NCBI GenBank assembly: GCA_002269645.1
Contig: NIVC01001008.1
Coordinates: forward strand, 62,001 to 126,000
Source of the DNA: Macrostomum lignano
Taxonomy: Eukaryota
Direction of reading: 5' to 3'
DNA: 64,000 bases
Part shown: positions 12,101-24,495 of the stretch, piece after piece
Layout of the letters: each line of letters begins with the position of its first letter
Numbering within the stretch: position 1 is the stretch's first letter
Made by a program: the position numbers and the translations under genes
Notes under the pieces: model-generated
What the model was told of the DNA's origin: nothing
The model's input: the letters and a program-made list of their open reading frames with translations, nothing else
Databases searched by the model: none

Positions 12101-13001
12101 GGATTGGAGCGAAAAACAAATGTTTTCCAATATTGAAAGCGGCACTTTAACTTGGACAATGTCCCATCAATACTGAAAGCGGCACTTTAACTTGGACAAT
12201 GTCCCATCAATACTGAAAGCGGCACTTTAACTTGGACAATGTCCCATCAATATTGAAAATGGCACTTTAACTTGGACAATGTCACATCAATATTGAAAGT
12301 GGCACTTTAACTTGGACAATGTCCCATCAATATTGAAAATGGCACTTTAACTTGGACAATGTCCCATCAATATTGAAAGTGGCACTTTAACATAAACAAC
12401 GGCACCGCAATATTGAAAGTGGCACTTTAACATAAACAACGGCACCGCAATATTGAAAGTGGCACTTTAACATAAACAACGGCACCGCAATATTGAAAGT
12501 GGCACTTTAACATAAACAACGGCACCGCAATATTGAAAGTGGCACTTTAACATAAACAACGGCACCGCAATATTGAAAGTAGCACCTTTATGTTACAAGT
12601 GGCGCCCCTCAACACTTCAATTTTGAAAACTGACCCCTCTAGTGGCGGCCTCTATGCAACAAAAGCAATTTGTGCCAGACCTTGTCGGCGTTGCCAGGCT
12701 CCTGAGCGGCCTCAGCCAGCCAGTCGATGCCAGCCGCCACAGCCCGCAGGTAGCGCCAGTAGAGCAGCGGCTCAGCGGCGGCCTCAGCCACGGCGGCCGT
12801 CCAAGCTGACGGCGAGATGGTGCCGGCTCTGGCAGACGCCTCGGCAAGGAACGCTTCAGTCTTGGCAGCAACAGCGAGGTCCAGCTGCGAGTGACCGGAG
12901 CCTCCGCCACTGCTGCAGCTACCGGCATCAGCCTGTTCGCCAGTGCTCCATCTGAGCAGTTGGTGGAGAGCAGATCGAGCTGCTGACAAATTTTCTGACA
13001 T
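6178..13001 (-). CDS. TANGO6: Transport and Golgi organization protein 6 homolog (TMCO7/Rtp1 family, HEAT-repeat)
   Basis: Six phase-consistent exons: 13001-12681, 12098-11671, 11225-10180, 9711-9026, 7692-7360, 6690-6178. Family-like motifs recognised from memory: LGIRPCLAPGVGPPL, LLSEQLLQRPDGV, DSYVHLPAAEALA, RLRIGE, GARDPEPQLRASAVSCLAELC, QKRIWVLD. Confidence 0.88.
6734..7285. repeat. 30-bp minisatellite in the last TANGO6 intron (~18 units)
   Basis: Unit ggaatgcagcttgtgaaga(t/a)tgag(g/a)ctgtg. Confidence 0.97.
7815..7930 (+). repeat. Unclassified dispersed repeat, copy 1 of 7 (core GCTCACACAGGGTGTACA)
   Basis: Core at 7868-7885; homologous copies near 20255-20410(-), 21808-21845(-), 29545-29655(+), 45060-45125(+), 56278-56375(+), 59110-59262(-). 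Confidence 0.8.
8180..9018. repeat. ATCA-rich ~20-bp tandem array in TANGO6 intron 4
   Basis: Unit aatcatcaaatgcatcaatc and variants; runs to within ~10 nt of the donor at 9025. Confidence 0.9.
9900..10112 (-). mobile_element. tRNA-derived CORE-type SINE (head partly truncated)
   Basis: Minus strand has a B-box (ggttcgattcc) followed by tgtgtccttgagtaagacacttaactc...cagttcacccagctgtaaaatggg, resembling the MIR/CORE central domain. Confidence 0.75.
10565..10775 (-). repeat. 39-bp coding tandem repeat in TANGO6 exon 3 (SKxxDSKDDVITS-like)
   Basis: TGACGTCA at 10570, 10609, 10648, 10687 and 10726, plus a 1-mismatch copy at 10765. Confidence 0.85.
11403..11645. repeat. ~23-bp degenerate minisatellite (TANGO6 intron 2)
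   Basis: Unit ggaattcgggccagtttcgggat. Confidence 0.85.
12128..12605. repeat. 40-bp minisatellite with two sub-blocks (TANGO6 intron 1)
   Basis: Shared half aatattgaaagtggcactttaac; the second half switches from ttggacaatgtcccatc to ataaacaacggcaccgc near 12390. Confidence 0.92.
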
Positions 13002-14109
13002 AAAAATTATTTATGCAGAGCCAATAAAAGTACTTTGTCAAAGTGGTATCTTGCTCGTTCTCTCTATAAAGTATCTAGGATTATCTTTACGGCTAAGTAG
13101 CATATTTACAACTGTTTTTAGTATAGATTTAGGTTTAAATTTGTGATTCAGGTTTAAGTTTAAACTATATTAACCTATATACCTATTGTGGTGTCATTAT
13201 CAACTTTAAAAAGTTACTTTAAAAACAACTTTGAGATATTAATAATATATAATAAATTATTATTATAATCATATCTATTGATTAATTCTGTATTCATTCA
13301 ACAAAACTATGAGTATACTTATGCAATATACATAGAAATGTTTTTCATTAAATTTGCATTATTTCTGGAATATAAAAATGGCTAAATTCATTTTTCTTTT
13401 TCTGGGGATATAGTTCAAAGAAACAACAAGGCAGTAACTCAATTCTAAAGACAAATAAGGACAAAAAACTATAGAAAGAATCAAGTATATGTTAAGTTAC
13501 AAGATAACATTATATCTGCTACTTATAAGCATTAAATTAGCCTATAAACCATATTTTTATCATAAAATTTATAATAATAGCTTCAACCAAATAAAAAACA
13601 AAAATGATTGATTGCTGTTATAAATAAAAAATTATAAGGCTGGAATAATAATTATTTAATAATAATTATAAGGTACAAACTATAGCTTTTATACTAAATA
13701 ATGGCTGGATACAAAGAATAAAGGCTACATCAATTAAACTGTATGTGCCTCTTGGCCTTGTATATAGTTTAAATAAACTATTTATATAATGTATAACGAA
13801 TAACATGACATACAACATATATACTATATTATATGGCATATGTGTCATATGTCATATAGATATAGTATATTGGTATAAAATTTGATTGATAGTGGTTTCA
13901 TTTGCTGCCAGCTTATTTGCCACTCTTTTGATTATGAAATATAATGCAGTCATTTTATCAGCCAAAAAATACTTATAACAAATAATACACCCAAAATATT
14001 TTGAACATACCATGTCTATACTTGTTGTTTCAAATATATACCTAAATATTTCTAGCATACATGTCTTCAAAATGATCCTAATATAAAATTTAACTATTTT
14101 TAAAAACTA

Positions 14110-14274
14110 TACTAGTGGACATTGAAAATATCCACCCTAATCTAGGCCTAGTGAGCCATTTCTCTCCTATCACAATTGCAATTGCAAGTAATGCAACTAG
14201 CATCCTGTGGTTGTGCTAGTGGGAAACAATATTTTAGAATAGAATAGGGTGGATACTTTTAATGTCTATTAGTA
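14110..14274. mobile_element. MITE with ~30-bp imperfect TIRs and TA flanks
   Basis: Left end tactagtggacattgaaaatatccacccta; reverse complement of right end tactaatagacattaaaagtatccacccta; TA on both sides. Confidence 0.65.
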
Positions 14275-15394
14275 TATAAGCAATATTATAAAATATGCTT
14301 TATATATTGTTCATTTATTTTCTTCTGATTTGCACTTTTGCGTTTGAGGCTCTACCCCTGCTTTTTTGAAAAGTAAAAATAAAAGTTCCCTGAAAAGATC
14401 TTTTAAGTTTCAAACAGATTTTTTTCATGCCAGACTATATGTACCATTACCAGGCAAAGTAGGCCTAGGCAAATGCACATAGGAAATTATGATTTGCACG
14501 CCACCTTCCTAAGTAAATATACAGTAGCCAGGGAAATTAAAAGGAGTTAATAATAAATTAAACATATTAGTTCAAAGTTGTGTTGCAAAGTCTCTTTTTG
14601 ATTAAATATTATAATACATTTTGCAGCTACAGGCAGCTTTTAAAGGTTTAGCACTTAATTAGCATTTAGTATTAATTTTCAGTTTTCACATTCAGTTTCA
14701 ACAAACTTCTGAAGTAAAGAAAAATGCTAATATTCATAAGGCACTTGAATAAATTTTAAACGCATAATTTAATGATTCAATAACTTGTAACTTCGTCAAA
14801 CTAAAACGTGATATATCAATTGTTTTAAATAGATTTTATAACCCTTTAAGAATTTATGAAGCGTATGAAAAAAACACTTAAAAGTAGGCCACGATGCTCA
14901 ATCGTTTCTTTGACTTTAAGTTTAAATACTACGTTAGTCTACGTACTGTTTTTTTTAATTATTGCACAATTGCACAAATCGATCATATTTCATATTTGTG
15001 CATTTCCAATGTAAATAAGCGTTCTATGAAATGGAATGTTAAACAAAAAATAAGTACTTATACATGTTCTGCTCTCTAAACTTTGTAATTAAAATGTAAA
15101 AAGGAAATAAAATTAATGCAGAATTGCATGCATTTAATTCCTAAATTAGAGATTGATCGCTGCGTTTCAACGGCCTGTAGTGTAATTTTTTATTTTTCAA
15201 TGTGAACTGTGAATGTACAGTATGCGTATTTCGGTCTTCTATGCAGAAAATACATGATGAGTAATGACTTTCAGACACAGATATAATGTGACGGCTCTTG
15301 AGCTCCTCACACCGTACTGTAGTTACTATTGCCAGTAGAAATGGCATTTTCTTCTTCCCTGTTTCTTCAATTCTTATATCTTCCCCATTTTCTG

Positions 15395-15398
15395 TCTC

Positions 15399-15466
<68 letters not shown>

Positions 15467-15480
15467 CTCTCTTTTCTCTA
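15395..15480. repeat. (TC)n microsatellite
   Basis: Direct inspection. Confidence 0.95.
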
Positions 15481-17072
15481 TCTCTTCTCGGGGGGTCTAG
15501 TGCCAAGCATCATCAAAAACGACATGGCACGGCGCAGGGTGCTTGCCTGGGGCACATTCCGCACCGTTTTTCTGATTCTTTTTTGTCTCCCCTATTACAT
15601 GTACAAGTAATGTTCCTGCTTGTCTCTTGCTATCTTCTCAATTAGCTAAGGGACCCAAGCTACTTGCCATTTTTCTGTCCTATGTTCACCTATGTTACCT
15701 TGCATGGGGCTGACCAGCTGACAGGAGCTGTATAGGCCTAAGCACTAAGTGATTAATTTCTATGCCCTAAGGCCCGACAATCCTCTGATCAAGGGCTTAT
15801 TAGGAAAGGCCGAATCCATCATGCAGTACAAGATTGGCTTAGCCAGCAAGGAAATGTAATCAATGGAACTGATGTTTTTCGATTTTCACACGACTATGCT
15901 ATCACAGTTATCAATTTTTGAGTAGCTAAGAGACTGAAAACTTTCGATTGAAGCAGATTTTGGAAACTCGAAAGTATTTATTGTAGCCACGTAACTGCAC
16001 TAACCCCCAATCCCGAACTGAAGAACAGCTCAAAGAAGATTGCGAAAAAATCCGGGCGTTTCTCGTACGCGTATTTCTTGGATTAGATTACGCGTTGCCA
16101 TGCATCTTCTAATTGATAGATTAATACAGGTAAACTAGCAAAATCATTCATCAAGCTCTGTATTGATCTTTAGTCACTGAATTTTGCGCAATGTGATCGA
16201 GTCTCAACTCGGATTCGATTTCATTTGAGCAAGCAGAAAGCAGCAAGCAGGTACTCGTAGATGTTTATTGATTGTCATATCCAGCTTTGCTTTACTTTTT
16301 TCGGGGCAAAATATTTTTTTTCAACGGAACTTTAGCCTAATTCCCTAATTAGTTGTTTCTTTTATTGAACATCAATACGCTGCCTGATATCGATTGATCG
16401 ATCTTGTATAAACATATGTACCTTTGATTCATTTGAGTTTTATATACTTTTCTTTCAATACAAGCTGTTTTACAGCGTGTATCAAATTACATCAGCTTGC
16501 ATGTGGGCTTCTGAGTCAAGGTTGTTTAACAGATGTAGCTCGCATAGCTATATGAATTGGTTGCAGAACAGAGTTTTTAAAAAATACAAGTATAGCTTCC
16601 CTGTCAAGTAGCATGCTTTAGAAGCTGGATAAAAGACACGATTGAGGCTTGCGTCCTTAGTTTTTTGTCCGCAATCGGTGATCTGAGAAGGTTCAGCAAT
16701 GCTAGCTAACTGTTTTTGCAACATAGGATAAGATTTCTGGGGTTTTTTACCCAAATGTTGGGGCATAAAAGTGCTAGCAGAAACTTGTTTTGCTTGCAAA
16801 TTTGTCTGTTAGTTGCAGTAAGACTTTCAGCGCTTGTTCCGAGACCCAGATCCAAATGTTGGTAAGAAATTCTATTCAAACATCTTATCTACTGCAGTAG
16901 CCGCGTGCCTTTTAATCAGAAAAAGCTCGTATAGTTTTTAACTTAACTGTATTTCTTGTTTAGTTTTTTTACAGTCCATTGGCGTCAAATATGACAATTT
17001 GAGCTAACAAAAGTTTCTACACAAACATAACAAACAGTTTGTATGTTTATGCCAAAACAGAAACTTCCCTCG

Positions 17073-20000
17073 ATGCTACAGATGCGACCGCTGCTGCTGG
17101 CGCTGGTGCTAATTGGCGTACTTCCCGGCGCCCGATGCTTGAACTTCACAATCGCAGTTGTGTCCGAGTCTGGTTTGATTAACAGCTCCCTAATTGATGC
17201 CACATTTAATCGCTACCTGAACTACAATTGGCGTTTGCTGCCCGGCCACTCCGTGCGCTACCGGGAGTTTGTGGTGGATCCGACGGCCGGCTCTGCTATA
17301 CAAGCTGTACAGCAGAGTGCGTTGCTTCTGTAGCAGTGACTGGTTGGCTGAGGCCGGAAGTTAATTGGCATGAGTTAGCCTGTGGTTGGTTCAGTCAGAA
17401 GCGTGCTTTTCCGGGAGTTGTTTGGCTCGTTCGATCGAGATTAGCTTGGTTTAGTCAGGAGATGCAATTGGCTCGTTCGATCGAGAGTAGCTTGGTTTAG
17501 TCAGGAGATGCAATTGGCTCGTTCGATCGAGAGTAGCTTGGTTTAGTCAGGAGTTGTTTGGCTCGTTCGATCGAGATTAGCTTGGTTTAGTCAGGAGATG
17601 CAATTGGCTCATTCGATCGAGAGTAGCTTGGTTTAGTCAGGAGATGCAATTGGCTCATTCGATCGAGAGTAGCTTGGTTTAGTCAGGAGTTGTTTGGCTC
17701 ATTCAATCGAGAGTAGCTTGGTTTAGTCAGGAGTAGTCAGGAGGATTAAAACTAAAGAAGTATGTCAGGCTCTCATTAGCTTCAGTGAGAACGTTTTAGT
17801 ATATATCTAGCAATCGTATATCAAACTACGAGTGTCCCATATACTAAAAATATTTATCTTAAAATCTTCTGCATCTTTGGATCCCAACAGTCTGCGGCGG
17901 GGCCTCCCCACCCGACAGCTTATCCGGGCTGATCGCTGTGGGCGGGTGTCAGCTTGTGCGCGAATCCAGCGCTCTGGCTGCCACCATGCAACTGCCGTTC
18001 GTTGGCGTCCCAGTCGGTCTGTGTGGCAGCCCGCTTGCCAACGGTAAGTGAGGGGCGCCAGAAAGACTGGGTTGTCGCAGGTGTTATATTAGGCCTAATT
18101 GAGACTAAAAAACAATAATTTTAACTCTAGAAAATGATGGCGTTGTGGCTTGGAACCGTCCGGACGACAGTTGGTCCGCTGCCATTGCTGTACTGCAGCA
18201 CACCAAAGCAACAAGTGCGGCCATCATCTACGACAGCGCGCAAGGTAAGCTAGCCGTGTTGCGCCTGATAATCCACGGGAGAGCGACCCTAAACCATGCC
18301 TTAGACCGGAAGGGTAGCGGCCTTGAAAGACCGGAAGGTTAGCGGCCTTGAAAGACCTGAAGGGTAGCGCATTCTTTGAGCTCCAGAGTGAGCTAAATAT
18401 TGAGCTAAGCAATGAGCTAAGCAACTAAATATTTCTTCTTCCACATCTGTACATGTAGACCTCTCCCAGCTCCAGTCGCTGCAGTCGAATTTGTCTTCCC
18501 GCGGCATCAGCACGCTGCCATTTCAATTTGACTCGGCCGACCGCTCGCTGTCTGGACACCTGACTCGGCTGGTGAAGCGTCGCGTCTATCGACTGGTGGT
18601 GGCGTCCCGGCCAGCCTCCGCAATGGCATTATTGGCAGCTGCTGCCGAGGCGCAAGTGCTGCACCAGAACTACCTCTGGCTGCTGGTGGACACCGGCTAC
18701 ACTCAGGCGCAGCTGGTGAAGGCCGCTCTGGACAACAGCAACATCCTGCTGCTGCGCGGCGGTGGGATGGCCACAGCTGCCGGGTGTCCGACAACTCTGG
18801 CCAGCTTTCTGCCGGGCTGTCAAGCAGCTTGGCTGAGGGTACGAGAGAGGGCGGATTGCAACTGTACAGCTCTACTCTGTACATCCCTACTCTGTACATC
18901 CCTACTCTGTACATCCCTACTCTGTACATCCCTACTCTGTACATCCTTACTCTGTACATCCTTACTCTGTACATCCTTACTCTGTAATCCTTACTTTGTA
19001 CACCCTTACTCTGTACCATCTACTCTGTACATCCCTACTCTGTACATCCCTGCTCTGTACACCCCTACTCTGTTACACCCCTACTCTGAACACCGGTCCT
19101 ATACCACCCGCACATCAGGTCAGCGATATTCGCTTTGTGGACGCAGCCGAGTCGCTAGTGTTGGCCATCGGCGACCAGCTGGCCAGTGGCGGCCTGTTGC
19201 CAAGCAACGCCACGTGTCTACCAACGAAACTGCAGGCTTGGACATCCGGGGAGGCCGTGAAACTGCGTTTGCTCAATGTACGAATTGATGAAGCTACATT
19301 ATGGCACCCAAATTGTCGTGTTTTTTATCACTGACTCACAAAACAAAAACATTTAAGAAGCACTGACCTACAAAACCAAAAATAAGTGCACTGTCACGAA
19401 GGGCCTTAAAGAAAACATTCCAAGGTGGCGTGCAAGGCTATGGATGAAAAAACGAACCCAAAAAACTTAAGCAAAACTCTTTGTTAAAACTCACTCTGAC
19501 CAAAAAACTACGACCATCCAATTACACGCAACCCGACATCCCGCAGATGAGCAGTCGCACCACTGGCCGGGGATTAATCTCCTACAGTCCCGACAGCCGA
19601 CATTTCACAGCCTACGGCATTGAGCTGATCGGCACCTTCAATGCGCGATTCAACGACCCTTTGACAATGCTGATATCTGGCAGCTACCTGCCGGACACAG
19701 ACTCTCTGGCTCTGACCCACCGAGAGAAGGATCGCACCCTGGCATTCCCGAACCAGTTCACCGGGTTCAAGAATGCCACCCTGATTCTCTGCTCTCCGCC
19801 GGTTCGCGAACAATCCTTGCTACAATTGTGACATGTGGATTTATTGCAGGGGATTGCTAAGACGTCAAGGCTCACGGGAATTGCTAGAATGCTGTGACTC
19901 TTGGAGTGAATTGCTGAGATGTCAAGGCTTACGGCGGAATTGCTGAGATGTCAAGGCTTACGGGGGAATTGCTGAGATGTCAAGAGTTACGAGGGAATCG

Positions 20001-23000
20001 TTGATATGGCTGATGGTGTTAAGGCTGAGAGCTCCGAAGCTATACTCAACAACATTAAAAAGTCGAAAGACACTGCTCACTGGGGCAAAGGGTGGCGACT
20101 TTTCAATGTTGCTGAGTATACATGTAGTCTTTTTCAGAAATTTTGATTTTTATCTTTGTTGGCTTCCCAATGGGGGCGCTGATTGCTAGTCCATATACTA
20201 AATTTGGTGCAAAATTGGAATGTCGGCTTGGCTCTGCTCGTGGAATTAACGCACTTGAGGGCCAACCCCAAGGCACAGTGAAGTGTACATGACTAACGAT
20301 AAAAAATTTAGCGTCGCTGTACACTTCTGTGTGAGTGTGGGCCTGTGCGTATGACTGCGTACGTATCCGCGCGCTTGTGTGCCTGCTCAGGGGAGTCGGC
20401 GGAATGGCAGTAATGTCTCTCGCCGGTTGTGTGACAATGTCGCTTAAAGTGCACCAGGATGCACACAGCCTCCTGCCTCTAATAAAATGATGTACATTTA
20501 GCCAGGACACGGGGTCCTGGTCATTTTACTTGTAAACATTGCATAATTAATTGCAGATTTGCATGTCACTACGATCGAAACATTAACGAACACTTTTACG
20601 CTTTCCAGTTTCCGCCATTCATTGACATCGCCTCAACTGGGCCAAATTTAACCTACGTTGGTGTTGGCATTGCTAAGGACATCTACGATATCCTTGGTGC
20701 TCAACTGGATTTCAGGCAAGCTGGGAAGTTTACTTGCAGTTGTTGATTGTTCAGAAACTTGAAGGTCTGTTCCCAATTCAACTTGACTTTCAGATTCGTC
20801 TACAAGCTGCCGGTGGATGGCCAGTGGGGAGGAGTGATTCCCGGCAGTCCGTACATGTCTGGCTGCGTAGGCGAAGTCCAGAAGGGGGTGAGCTGACGAC
20901 TGCTCTTCATGGGTTAGATGCTCAGTTAAACTCGCTCAGCCTCACCCAAATCTTCATCCCACTCTCAACCAGCCCAGCCTCCGAGTGTCCCATCCAGATC
21001 ATCATCCTGCTCTCAAACAGCCCAGCCTCCAAATGCATCATCCAGATCTTCATCTTGCTCTCAACCAGCCCAGCCTTTCATTGCCTCACCCAAATCTTCA
21101 TCCCACTCTCAACCAGCCCAGCCTCCGAGTGTCCCATCCAGATCATCATCCTGCTCTCAAACAGCCCAGCCTCCCAATACATCATCCAGATCTTCATCCT
21201 CCTCTCAACCAGCCCAGCCTCCCAATGCATCATCCAGATCTTCATCCTGCTCTCAACCAGCCCAGCCTTTCATTGCCTCATCCAGATCTTCATCCTGCTC
21301 TCAACCAGCGCAGCCTCTCAGATCCCCATTTTCCCCGCCTCACCCAGATCTCGGACATGGGTGGCAATGCATTCGCCATAGTCAGCAAGCGTCAAGAAGT
21401 GGCTGACTACTCGGTGCCGCTCTACGAAGAGAAGACGGCCATCATGCTGCCCCGGCCCCAGCCGCCGCCAAAGCTATGGAACGTGATCAGGCCGCTGCAG
21501 CTCCAGGTGTGGCTGACAGTCCTCGGGGCTCTAGTCGTATCGGCCCTCACCACCTGGGCATTTGCCTGCTTTAGCCCATTGTCGATGTGGAACCTCGGCG
21601 TAGAATACGCCATTGCCGACGAGGTGTGGCTGCAGGAGTACATCTGGAGCGCTATTGGCAGCTTCCTCCAGCAGGGACAGGATTTTTATCCCACCTGCAT
21701 GTCGTCGCGCATCGCGATGGTGTTCTGGTGGTGCTTCACTGTTATAATCTACGCTTCTTACACAGGTGCGTAAGCGCTAACTCGTATGTCTGGTTTTTAT
21801 TAAGCCATGTGTACACCCTGTGTGAGTGCGTGCCTGCGTACGTAGCTTTTGTCCCCCATGTAAAATCAAGCTGTATAGCAAGCAGGTGAAAAGCAGCTCA
21901 CATGCTGGGAAGAAATCCAGAGTTGAGTTCAATTCTAGGATTGCAACACTTCAATCGAGTCAATTGCAACAATTCCCATTTAACCATAGGAATGGAGTGT
22001 GGGACTGCGATCCCAATCGTACTTGAGATGACTTGCTTGTACTTGACTCAGCTGTAGGGAGTTCCGGGCATCCGGATACAGCGGGGAGGCGTCGACGACC
22101 ACCCCATTCTGCTGGTGCTGCGGTGTGGCTCAGGGAGATCCGGTGTCTGCAGCAGCGCGGTCCCCCTCCAGAGAGTGCAGGAGGTGGATTGTCGCTCGCC
22201 TGGTAGCCCTTCTAGGTAGCGGACGAGCTGGCAGAAACTCTCGGGCATGAAAACGTCAGAGAGATTCTAGAGTTTGGGCCGAGGTGGGTGAGTCTGTCCT
22301 GGGTTAAAGGCGGGGCAGTCACAGATGAAGTGCTCCGCATTCTTGACACCGGAGAGCCAGAGAGGCCAGCTTCTGAGTCTACATGTACACTCTCCGTCAG
22401 CTGGTCTTAACCCCTGAGCCAGGACCTTGCATGTGCACACAGGCGTTCAAGGTTGGATCGAAATACCAGTGTGCAATCTACTCCCAGGTGACCTGACCTC
22501 GGCTCTGACAGTCTCCGTGGAGACGGTCACCATCAACAGCCTGGAGGACCTGGTCTCGCAGTCTGCCGTTCCATTCGTTGTACCGGCCGGCACCAACTGG
22601 GAGCTGCTGTTTCGAGACTCGGATTTTCCGACCTACAAGCTGGCGGCCCAGAAGATGCGAACCGTGCCCGGCATTGTCGAGTGTGGCGACGCGGTGAGTC
22701 CAAGGACCTTTAAAATTTGTTTGATCGTACCTGGACTGGAAAAAAGCAGGGAAAACTTTTTACTTGTTTCTATCTACGAGCTATTCCCAGATCCCAGATC
22801 GCAGATCCCAGATCGCAGATCCCAGATCGCAGATCGCAGATCGCAGATCCCAGATCGCAGATCCCAGATCGCAGATCCCAGATCGCAGATCCCAGATCGC
22901 AGATCAAATTATTTTTTTAATTGAGTCAACCTCCATGCTTTAAAATCCCCAAAAAGGTGTACGCGGACAAGGTTGCCTGCATCTCGGACTACGCATTCCT

Positions 23001-24042
23001 GCTTAACATTGCCAATAAGAACTGCTCGCAGGTTTACCTGGCTCAGGACACCTTCAATACGGCCTACAATGGCTTTGTGTTGCCGTACGATGCCTATTAT
23101 GGAGAGCTGTTTAACTACCAGTGAGGCTCTGACTGGCTTATTTTGATTGAAATTTGGGATTGAAGCTGGTGACTAAATATGTAAATAGTGTGTCCCAAAT
23201 GATCATTGTGTCTACCAAACAAATAGTGTGTCCCAAATGATCATTGTGTCTACCAAACAAATAGTGTGTTTGGTAGACACAATGTCTACCAAATGAGAGT
23301 TACAGGTAGACATTGTGTCCCACATGAGAGCTACAGGTAGACATTGTGTCCCACATGAGAGCTACAGGTAGACATTGTGTCCCACATGAGAGCTACAGGT
23401 AGACATTGTGTCCCACATGAGAGCTACAGGTAGACATTGTGTCCCACATGAGAGCTACAGGTAGACATTTTGTGCCACATGAGAGCTACAGGTAGACATT
23501 GTGTCCCACATGAGAGCTACAGGTAGACATTGTGTCCCACATGAGAGCTACAGGTAGACATTTTGTGCCACATGAGAGCTACAGGTAGACATTGTGTCCC
23601 ACATGAGAGCTACAGGTAGACATTGTGTCCCACATGAGAGCTACGGGTAGACATTGTGTCCCACATGAGAGCTACAGGTAGACATTGTGTCCCACATGAG
23701 AGCTACAGGTAGACATTGTGTCCCACATGAGAGCTACAGGTAGACATTGTGTCGCACGTGAGAACCGTATCGAAATGAACACTAAAACCCGGCCAAAATT
23801 ACAGTCTGCAGAAGCTGAAGCAGAGCGGCGTTGTGCAGGGCATCTTCAACAAATACTATGGCAACAGCGACTGCGTGAACAGCCTGACCCCTAGCGAAGC
23901 CGATTCAATCAACCTGGAGGGCACGGGAGGTGCCATTATTTTGCTGGCCTGCTTCTACCTGACTGGCATCATCATTCTTATCCTCGAGCTGTTTTGGAGT
24001 CCAATTTTAAAGAAGCAACCGCTGGATCTTGTCTGCTATTGA
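17073..24042 (+). CDS. Divergent ionotropic glutamate receptor-family channel (ATD + S1/S2 LBD + M1-M4)
   Basis: 12 phase-consistent exons: 17073-17316, 17891-18043, 18131-18244, 18459-18838, 19119-19277, 19547-19801, 20609-20715, 20794-20887, 21348-21765, 22488-22693, 22957-23120, 23805-24042. Signal peptide; S1 DGQWG...GCVGEV and KRQEVADYSVP; pore IGSFLQQG; M3 YASYTGDLTSAL; M4 GGAIILLACFYLTGIIILILELF. Confidence 0.92.
17413..17733. repeat. 44-46-bp minisatellite (iGluR intron 1)
   Basis: Unit gcaattggctcgttcgatcgagagtagcttggtttagtcaggagat. Confidence 0.92.
18865..19090. repeat. 15-bp minisatellite (iGluR intron 4)
   Basis: Unit tactctgtacatccc. Confidence 0.93.
19875..19995. repeat. Short ~29-bp tandem repeat (iGluR intron 6)
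   Basis: ggaattgctgagatgtcaaggcttacg, 3-4 copies. Confidence 0.75.
20935..21350. repeat. 48-bp minisatellite (iGluR intron 8)
   Basis: Unit atccagatcttcatcctgctctcaaccagcccagcctcccaatgcatc and variants. Confidence 0.9.
22025..22430 (-). mobile_element. Degenerate 3' end of a non-LTR retrotransposon (C-terminal zinc-knuckle region)
   Basis: Minus strand encodes KNAEHFICDCPAF followed by LSDVF...CQLVRYL, the E.H..C.CP pattern at the C-terminus of LINE ORF2; frames are broken. Confidence 0.5.
22786..22905. repeat. 14-bp (7+7) tandem repeat (iGluR intron 10)
   Basis: Unit cccagatcgcagat. Confidence 0.93.
23300..23757. repeat. 31-bp minisatellite (iGluR intron 11)
   Basis: Unit aggtagacattgtgtcccacatgagagctac, ~14 copies. 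Confidence 0.95.
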
Positions 24043-24495
24043 GAATTTGAGACTTGCATACCGCTGCACCCCGTGCAAAACCAGAGTGAATATCATTAGC
24101 CCTGGTAACTCCAGTAAAAGAAGTTAAGGTCAAATTGCAAAGGAGCTGGTCTTCTTGCAGCAAGTTTAACATAGAAAGCGCACTTGGCAATGAAACTAAA
24201 CTCTACTGAATACGAGCGTATTTACTGGGATCCAGTGTGGCGATAAGATTCGTTTTTAAAGCTTTTTAGCGCATACCACTATGAGTAGTATAGTTATTTT
24301 TTTCATCTGAATATCAAAAGCACATTTGATATATATTATATCACTGAAAATGCAACTAGGCCGTCACGAAATACAGAATGCCATGCCACTAAAGCTGTTA
24401 TTTTATGACTAAAATATAAGCACCCAAAATGTCACCAAATATACAAGTTACCCAATTTTTATTGCCCAGAAATTCTGGGTTTTTTTAAACACACA

